Shown piece by piece: positions 59,490-64,000 of a stretch of DNA of 64,000 nt. The stretch lies in the IMG/VR virus record IMGVR_UViG_3300030390_001781, positions 5,356-69,355 of that record; one strand, 5' to 3'. The notes under the pieces are model-generated. The model was not told where the DNA came from and did no database searches. It was given only the letters and a program-made list of their open reading frames with translations. The stretch is from a virus. The position numbers were made by a program, and so were the translations under genes. Numbering within the stretch: the stretch's first letter is position 1; each line of letters begins with the position of its first letter.

Positions 59490-59635
59490 AATAAATAAAT
59501 TTAAAGTTCAAAACACAAAGGGAAACAAAAAGGCTAAATGTTAATTTTAGACTAAAAAATGCAGTCCATAACACCGTAGGTTATAATGCAAGTTAGTGGG
59601 TTATTTGACAAAAAAAAAGTAATAATTTTAAGTAA

Positions 59636-59675
59636 ATTCAAAGTACAAAGGGTGTTAACTCTTTGTACTTTGAAT
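59636..59675 (-). promoter_or_regulatory. motif stem-loop
   Basis: + attcaaagtacaaagggt-gtta-actctttgtactttgaat. Confidence 0.75.
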
Positions 59676-59676
59676 A

Positions 59677-59898
59677 TTAATAATCTAAGTTTTGATACCA
59701 TTGATATTCAATGTCTTCTTGTTCTTGACGCATTTGTTCTTCAAAGAAAGCATTTTCTATGTTACCTAATTTTTTCTTTTTAGGTTTACTTGAAGGTATT
59801 TGTGCATATTTTGCTAAATACTTAATTAAACGTATTAGTTGTTTTCTAGAACAACCGTCTAAGTTGAATTTCTGTTCATCAATTTGTAAAATCTCCAT
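59677..59898 (-). CDS. hypothetical early protein
   Basis: 73 aa, flanked by motif copies on both sides. Confidence 0.65.
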   Translation of the reverse strand: MEILQIDEQKFNLDGCSRKQLIRLIKYLAKYAQIPSSKPKKKKLGNIENAFFEEQMRQEQEDIEYQWYQNLDY

Positions 59899-59912
59899 AA
59901 TAATATAGTTTT

Positions 59913-59946
59913 AAAGTTCATAGCACATTGGGTGTGCTATAAACTT
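59913..59946 (-). promoter_or_regulatory. motif stem-loop
   Basis: + aaagttcatagcaca-ttggg-tgtgctataaactt. Confidence 0.8.
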
Positions 59947-59950
59947 AATA

Positions 59951-60241
59951 TTATTTTAACTCTTTTTTAGTTAGTTCCCATGAGTTAAATAATACAAATA
60001 ATGGTATAGTTCTTTTTAAGATTAATATTTCATCATCTGTTGGTTTGTTAGATTCATCTATATTGCCGTCATTACCTAATGGAGAATAATAGAATTTAAT
60101 TACCCTTTTGTTGATAATTGCAATACCGAAAAAGTGAGGTATTTTATAGATTTTATCATGAAGATGTTTATCAAGAATAAACATTTCACAACCGTCTGCT
60201 TTGATTTCTAACTTTTGCGTTTTGTAAATTTCAATTTGCAT
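59951..60241 (-). CDS. hypothetical early protein
   Basis: 96 aa, flanked by motif copies. Confidence 0.65.
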   Translation of the reverse strand: MQIEIYKTQKLEIKADGCEMFILDKHLHDKIYKIPHFFGIAIINKRVIKFYYSPLGNDGNIDESNKPTDDEILILKRTIPLFVLFNSWELTKKELK

Positions 60242-60254
60242 AATATTTTAGTTT

Positions 60255-60294
60255 AAAGTTCAAAGCACAACGGGTGTTGTGCCTTGAATACTTT
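60255..60294 (-). promoter_or_regulatory. motif stem-loop
   Basis: + aaagttcaaagcacaac-gggt-gttgtgccttgaatacttt. Confidence 0.8.
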
Positions 60295-60296
60295 TA

Positions 60297-61040
60297 TTAC
60301 ATTGCTGATTTGATAATCGCAGAGCCAATTTTACCTTGACTTCTAGGTGCTAGTTTTACCATAACTGTTGGGTGTTCTTGGTAAACTTCTGTAAGTGCTG
60401 TTCTGAATCTAGAAACTAAGTCTTCTATTTTAAGACGGTTTTCTAAAGTCCATACTTTCACTTCTACGCATTCATTAGCAAGATAATCTTTGCCTTTGAC
60501 TTCAAATACTAAACCTTCTTGGTCTGTATAGTCTTCTAACTTCATGTATTTGTTTAGAATTAAATCAAATGGAGAAGTCCATCTTGAACTATACTTTTCA
60601 GCAATTACTTTAAGAGTTTTAATGTAATCTCTTACAGTACTATAAGAAGCGTATGCTACTTGATTACCTCTAAGTAAAATAGAGATATTATCAGGTAATC
60701 TTACGAAGCTATCATCGCCTACAGTATCGCAAATCTTGTATAAGACTTGTTTATTATCATTGATTTGAGAATAAGAATGATACTGTATTTTTACAAGTGC
60801 GTCTGCGTCTTTTGGTACAAACCAATTTACGGCAGTTCTACTTGGCTCAGAAGCCAGTTCTTTGAAGTCATCTGCATAATCATTAAACATAGCGTTGATT
60901 ATATCTTCGGCTACATTTATATGCGTTGACGTTGTAGGAACTGTAGCATTAGCTTCTACATTTGTTTTTACGCTGTTGTTTTCAGCGTTTGCTTCAGCAA
61001 CTCCTTGAGTTACTTTTGCATTTTCAGTAATATTTGTCAT
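60297..61040 (-). CDS. hypothetical early protein
   Basis: Start taken at MTNITEN; flanked by motif copies. Confidence 0.65.
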   Translation of the reverse strand: MTNITENAKVTQGVAEANAENNSVKTNVEANATVPTTSTHINVAEDIINAMFNDYADDFKELASEPSRTAVNWFVPKDADALVKIQYHSYSQINDNKQVLYKICDTVGDDSFVRLPDNISILLRGNQVAYASYSTVRDYIKTLKVIAEKYSSRWTSPFDLILNKYMKLEDYTDQEGLVFEVKGKDYLANECVEVKVWTLENRLKIEDLVSRFRTALTEVYQEHPTVMVKLAPRSQGKIGSAIIKSAM

Positions 61041-61041
61041 A

Positions 61042-61070
61042 TCAAGGCACAAAGGGTGAATGTGCCTTGA
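61042..61070 (-). promoter_or_regulatory. motif stem-loop abutting a start codon
   Basis: + TCAAGGCACAaagggtgaaTGTGCCTTGA. Confidence 0.75.
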
Positions 61071-61116
61071 AAAGAAAACGAAATATCTGTACCAAATAAC
61101 AAAGGGAAATAAAGTC

Positions 61117-61200
61117 TTAGCAAAGATTAACATACATACTAAATGCTAATAAGATGGCTGTTAGTACAATGATTAATGCAAATCTGTAAATGTTATACAT
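61117..61200 (-). CDS. tiny single-TM peptide (27 aa)
   Basis: MYNIYRFALIIVLTAILLAFSMYVNLC*; ATG 20 nt below a motif copy. Confidence 0.5.
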   Translation of the reverse strand: MYNIYRFALIIVLTAILLAFSMYVNLC

Positions 61201-61215
61201 AACTATAAAGTTTAT

Positions 61216-61251
61216 AAAGTTCAAGACACATTGGGTGTGTCTTGATACTTT
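61216..61251 (-). promoter_or_regulatory. motif stem-loop
   Basis: + aaagtTCAAGACACA-ttggg-TGTGTCTTGAtacttt. Confidence 0.85.
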
Positions 61252-61472
61252 TAGCATACTTGTATTTTTACTTGTTGATACGTTAGTGTATTGCAATCTA
61301 TCCAATCGTGATAGTCATTTTTACTGTTGTCTATTACAGTTACGTTGTTTTTTGTATCAACAATTAATGTTAAATCGAAGTAGATTTCTGTTACGTCTTC
61401 TGCATAACTTGCTACTTTTGGTTTAACTTCTGTTTTAGGGTTTCTAAGTACTGCTTTGTTTACAAATGTCAT
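61251..61472 (-). CDS. hypothetical early protein
   Basis: 73 aa, flanked by motif copies. Confidence 0.65.
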   Translation of the reverse strand: MTFVNKAVLRNPKTEVKPKVASYAEDVTEIYFDLTLIVDTKNNVTVIDNSKNDYHDWIDCNTLTYQQVKIQVC

Positions 61473-61485
61473 AATAAATATATTT

Positions 61486-61529
61486 AAAGTTCAAGACGCA
61501 TTGGGAAACCCTAACACGCCTTATACTTT
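61486..61529 (-). promoter_or_regulatory. motif stem-loop
   Basis: + aaagttcaagacgcattggg-aaa-ccctaacacgccttatacttt. Confidence 0.7.
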
Positions 61530-61695
61530 ATGATTTAAGTGTAAACCATATAAATGCACCTGTTGACACACAAAGTGCTGTTACACAAGCTAAGAATTGA
61601 TAATGATTTAGATTGAAACGAGATATTGTCATTAATGTGTAAATACTAATTAATGCAAGTATAAGCGTTACAATTTTTTTGATAAAAATCAGCAT
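61528..61695 (-). CDS. small 2-TM membrane protein
   Basis: MLIFIKKIVTLILALISIYTLM...; flanked by motif copies. Confidence 0.6.
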   Translation of the reverse strand: MLIFIKKIVTLILALISIYTLMTISRFNLNHYQFLACVTALCVSTGAFIWFTLKS

Positions 61696-61710
61696 AATAT
61701 ATAATTTTAT

Positions 61711-61759
61711 AAAGTTCAAGACACAACGGGAAAAATAACAACTCGTTATGTCTTTAACT
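61711..61759 (-). promoter_or_regulatory. motif stem-loop
   Basis: + aaagttcaagacacaacggg-aaaaataacaa-ctcgttatgtctttaact. Confidence 0.75.
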
Positions 61760-61761
61760 AT

Positions 61762-61938
61762 TTATTTAGATGAAGTTAATTGAGTGAACGCCAGTTCACG
61801 ATCGCATTGTTCTGCAAATTGAGCAATTACTAAATCATCAATTTCTTTTTGTAGTTGTGGTTTACATGAAGTACAACCAAAGTTTGGCAAGTCTTTATCT
61901 TCATTTGGAAGATAGTTTGCTGTTTTACAATCACACAT
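61762..61938 (-). CDS. small Cys-rich early protein (58 aa; not in ORF track)
   Basis: MCDCKTANYLPNEDKDLPNFGCTSCKPQLQKEIDDLVIAQFAEQCDRELAFTQLTSSK*; ATG 18 nt below a motif copy. Confidence 0.65.
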   Translation of the reverse strand: MCDCKTANYLPNEDKDLPNFGCTSCKPQLQKEIDDLVIAQFAEQCDRELAFTQLTSSK

Positions 61939-61951
61939 AATTAATAGTTTA

Positions 61952-61982
61952 AAAGTTCAAGCCACATTGGGCTTGATACTTT
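61952..61982 (-). promoter_or_regulatory. motif stem-loop
   Basis: + aaagtTCAAGCC-acattg-GGCTTGAtacttt. Confidence 0.85.
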
Positions 61983-61984
61983 AA

Positions 61985-62263
61985 TTAGAAAGGCATATCA
62001 TCAGGAATTGGTTGACTATTTTCTGTTGATAGTTCTTGATAATACTCTTCATCAAATTGAAATGATTGTGCTGAATAAATTTCTTTGTCGATATTATTAT
62101 CGGCACAATACTTATCATATCGCTGAAGTAACGCTTTGTGTTCGCATATCATTTGTAAACATTCTGCGATACATTCTTCTTCAGCACATATTTTATTTTC
62201 AATATGAAAATCTTTTTCCATTTGCTCAATTGTTGTTTGAGCATACATTGTTAATTTTAGCAT
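61985..62263 (-). CDS. acidic early protein ending PDDMPF
   Basis: 92 aa, flanked by motif copies. Confidence 0.65.
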   Translation of the reverse strand: MLKLTMYAQTTIEQMEKDFHIENKICAEEECIAECLQMICEHKALLQRYDKYCADNNIDKEIYSAQSFQFDEEYYQELSTENSQPIPDDMPF

Positions 62264-62277
62264 GACTATAAGTTTAT

Positions 62278-62307
62278 AAGTTCAAGCCACATTGGGCTTG
62301 ATACTTT
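62278..62307 (-). promoter_or_regulatory. motif stem-loop (identical 30-mer to the 61953 copy)
   Basis: + aagttcaagccacattgggcttgatacttt. Confidence 0.85.
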
Positions 62308-62504
62308 TAGAATGGTAAATCTTCATCATCAATTTCGATTTCATCAATCGTAAGATTGTCATAATGATAGTCGTGATTAGATTCACAACAAACGAAAGTT
62401 TGTTCTTCCTCGAACATTTCAGGTGGTCCATATTGCACAAGACCGTCTGAGTCTAAATATTCAACGAAACCTAAATTCATAGCAATTCTTTCTCTGTTAG
62501 TCAT
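62307..62504 (-). CDS. acidic early protein ending DEDLPF
   Basis: 65 aa, flanked by motif copies. Confidence 0.65.
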   Translation of the reverse strand: MTNRERIAMNLGFVEYLDSDGLVQYGPPEMFEEEQTFVCCESNHDYHYDNLTIDEIEIDDEDLPF

Positions 62505-62518
62505 AATATAAAGTTTAT

Positions 62519-62556
62519 AAGTTCAATACACATTGGGAAATGTGTATTGATACTTT
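62519..62556 (-). promoter_or_regulatory. motif stem-loop
   Basis: + aagtTCAATACACATT-ggga-AATGTGTATTGAtacttt. Confidence 0.85.
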
Positions 62557-62557
62557 G

Positions 62558-62800
62558 TTAGAATGGATTGTTATAATCGTAAACCATTCTACACTTGCAT
62601 TTATGCGAGAAATGATACATTTCATTTTGTGCTATGCGTAAATTTTCTTGAAGATTTACACTTGTTTCTATACAAGTGTTATCATCATTATGAAACGCAT
62701 AACGTAATGTTGCTACTTCTGCAATAGACATAGCAAGTTCTGTTATTGATTCTTTAGTTAACCAATTAGCATTTTTCGCATTGAAATCTTTGTTAGTCAT
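62558..62800 (-). CDS. early protein ending YNNPF
   Basis: Start taken at MTNKDF, 19 nt below a motif copy. Confidence 0.6.
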   Translation of the reverse strand: MTNKDFNAKNANWLTKESITELAMSIAEVATLRYAFHNDDNTCIETSVNLQENLRIAQNEMYHFSHKCKCRMVYDYNNPF

Positions 62801-62814
62801 AATATATAAGTTAT

Positions 62815-62848
62815 AAAGTTCAATGCACATTGGGTGCATTGATACTTT
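62815..62848 (-). promoter_or_regulatory. motif stem-loop
   Basis: + aaagtTCAATGCAC-attgg-GTGCATTGAtacttt. Confidence 0.85.
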
Positions 62849-62849
62849 A

Positions 62850-63149
62850 TTACAACATACCTAATTGAATGTAATGATGAAGACAATTGAAATCTTTGAT
62901 ACCTTCATAACTATCATAGTTAAGGTCAATAACAAGTTTTACAAATCTGTCTAAATCATTACAATCGTAGCCACAAATTTCAGCTACGTCTACAAGTATG
63001 AAGATATTATCAAGATGTTCTTGATAATTGTCAAATGATAACGATACAACTTTGCTAGATATTAGCAATGGTTTTATACGTAAGTTCATATCTAAGCTTT
63101 TAGACTGAACTGCCTCAACAAATTCCTCGTAAGGATAATTACCTTTCAT
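62850..63149 (-). CDS. hypothetical early protein
   Basis: 99 aa, flanked by motif copies. Confidence 0.65.
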   Translation of the reverse strand: MKGNYPYEEFVEAVQSKSLDMNLRIKPLLISSKVVSLSFDNYQEHLDNIFILVDVAEICGYDCNDLDRFVKLVIDLNYDSYEGIKDFNCLHHYIQLGML

Positions 63150-63161
63150 AATAAATGATTT

Positions 63162-63200
63162 AAAGTTCAGAGCACATTGGGAAATGTACTCTGAAACTTT
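63162..63200 (-). promoter_or_regulatory. motif stem-loop
   Basis: + aaagttcagagcacatt-ggga-aatgtactctgaaacttt. Confidence 0.85.
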
Positions 63201-63448
63201 TAGAATGGTAAGTCATCAAATTCATCGGCTACTAAAGTAGTTTCTAATCTATGTTTACCATGATTAGGTTTAATGTTTGATAACTTAAAGTTAAATTTGT
63301 TAGGTTCATGAGAATACTCTAGAAGCAACATACTTAACGATTGGTTTAACCAATCTATCTTACCTGTACAATCATCACATTCCATACATGGATATGTAAC
63401 ATTATCATCAGGACAATACTGTCCATGTTTACAATCAATAAAACACAT
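63200..63448 (-). CDS. Cys-rich early protein ending FDDLPF
   Basis: Start taken at MCFIDCKHGQYC...CMECDDC. Confidence 0.6.
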   Translation of the reverse strand: MCFIDCKHGQYCPDDNVTYPCMECDDCTGKIDWLNQSLSMLLLEYSHEPNKFNFKLSNIKPNHGKHRLETTLVADEFDDLPF

Positions 63449-63470
63449 AATATATAAGTTTAAGTTAATA

Positions 63471-63500
63471 TTCAATGCACATAGGGAAATGTACATTGAA
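63471..63500 (-). promoter_or_regulatory. motif stem-loop
   Basis: + ttcaatgcacat-agggaa-atgtacattgaa. Confidence 0.8.
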
Positions 63501-63506
63501 CTTTGT

Positions 63507-63674
63507 TTAGTCAAGGTCATTGTCTATAAGCCATCTTTTAAATGATACTTGACAATTAACAGGACAATAAGAACAATATTCAAGATATTGCTTTATTAAT
63601 TCTTCTTGATAAGATTTACCGTCTTCATTTAAAGACGATAAATGTTTTTCACAATAAATACTTGCGTTACTCAT
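63507..63674 (-). CDS. small Cys-containing early protein (55 aa; not in ORF track)
   Basis: MSNASIYCEKHLSSLNEDGKSYQEELIKQYLEYCSYCPVNCQVSFKRWLIDNDLD*; ATG 24 nt below a motif copy. Confidence 0.6.
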   Translation of the reverse strand: MSNASIYCEKHLSSLNEDGKSYQEELIKQYLEYCSYCPVNCQVSFKRWLIDNDLD

Positions 63675-63697
63675 ATCTATAAAGTTTAAAGTTAATA

Positions 63698-63728
63698 TTC
63701 AAAGCACATTGGGTTACCAATTACTTGA
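63698..63728 (-). promoter_or_regulatory. motif copy with imperfect stem-loop
   Basis: + ttcaaagcacattgg-gtta-ccaattacttga. Confidence 0.7.
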
Positions 63729-64000
63729 CATTGTCAAATAAAATGACTAACTTCTTCGCTCTACTACGTTACTAAACGTTTTTTTGTCTTACACAAACGA
63801 TACAACCAAACATTGGAAATGTATATCGTACAAACGTAGGAAGATACATAGCTCGCTAGGAAGACATTGTGAAACGCTATCGAACATAGAGAATTGCTGA
63901 ATGTCAATCAAACCACATTGGGAAACAATAACAACAGAGAACTTAAGGGGGGGTATAAAGAAAAATTATTTTTTTAATTTTTATTTTATTAACAGACCTC

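Larger units (their letters stand above)
45394..63922 (-). repeat. dispersed family of ~24 intergenic CCCWWTGTGNNTTGA stem-loop elements
   Basis: + strand YCAAnnCACAwwGGG copies starting near 45394, 49604, 53094, 54052, 56005, 57099, 58156, 59508, 59638, 59918, 60260, 61042, 61092, 61221, 61491, 61716, 61957, 62282, 62523, 62820, 63167, 63472, 63699, 63908. Confidence 0.92.
1..64000. mobile_element. crAss-like bacteriophage genome segment (Crassvirales-type podovirus with virion RNA polymerase)
   Basis: Gene order portal-scaffold-MCP-ring proteins-IHF-tail tubular-tail stabilisation-cargo-giant RNAP matches the crAss-like structural block; convergent early/replication arm; no host housekeeping genes. 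Confidence 0.9.

Noticed and set aside
43792-62265. Plus-strand ORFs inside the early arm (e.g. 44159..44593, 49647..49883, 59586..59783, 61190..61426, 62008..62265)
   Set aside because: Antisense to well-supported - strand genes or running through the intergenic elements
56818-63520. Longest-ORF start codons from the track (57102, 58211, 61133, 61305, 61719, 62839, 63520)
   Set aside because: These extensions run into or through the conserved element; downstream ATGs (16-24 nt below the motif in all but the 61040 case) fit better
63725-63737. TTGACA-T-TGTCAA palindrome resembling divergent -35 boxes
   Set aside because: Single short occurrence in AT-rich DNA; Bacteroidota promoters do not use TTGACA
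59503-63922. CRISPR array interpretation of the repeated elements
   Set aside because: Spacers are 100-800 nt protein-coding genes, repeats vary in length and sequence, and no cas genes are present
59503-63922. Classical integron (attC array) call
   Set aside because: No tyrosine recombinase/IntI in the window, no RYYYAAC...GTTRRRY cores, and elements are shorter than attC sites; kept only as an analogy
1-64000. Alternative genetic code (TAG/TGA reassignment known in some crAss-like phages)
   Set aside because: Very long ORFs are intact under code 11, and TAG/TGA act as stops at tightly packed gene junctions
1-64000. tRNA/rRNA genes, introns, inteins, integrase
   Set aside because: No cloverleaf-like or rRNA-like segments seen by eye; DnaB and the RNAP core appear uninterrupted; no recombinase motif recognised (a tRNAscan/Infernal run would be decisive)

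Overview
The whole window is a large, very AT-rich crAss-like (Crassvirales-type) phage genome segment, probably infecting an aquatic Bacteroidota (Flavobacteriia-like) host. The host is inferred from SD-less AT-rich translation starts and TAnnTTTG promoter-like boxes. It has two convergent arms. The + strand (1-42.1 kb) is the virion module: portal (5'-truncated), putative scaffold, major capsid protein, ring/tail proteins, IHF-like protein, tail stabilisation (muzzle) protein, cargo proteins, a 3360-aa virion RNA polymerase polyprotein (DHDGD catalytic motif, zincin HExxH, J-domain-like HPD), Cys-rich hub/fibre proteins, CHAP endolysin and holin-like genes. The - strand (64-42.1 kb) is the early/replication arm: about 20 tiny genes, a permuted GHKL ATPase, an SplB-like radical SAM enzyme, DUF932, a PRTRC ubiquitin-like E1/E2/Ub operon, DnaB, Sak4, SSB, NinB-like, PD-(D/E)XK nucleases, YopX and DnaJ. 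The most striking unexplained structure is a family of about 24 intergenic elements (coding-strand consensus CCCWWTGTGNNTTGA). Most lie 16-24 nt upstream of a start codon and most are folded into covarying stem-loops whose mismatches are G.U only on the coding strand. They divide the early arm into one-gene units. Several of those tiny genes end in SSB-tail-like DDLPF motifs. All family assignments are from motif recognition and synteny, not database searches.
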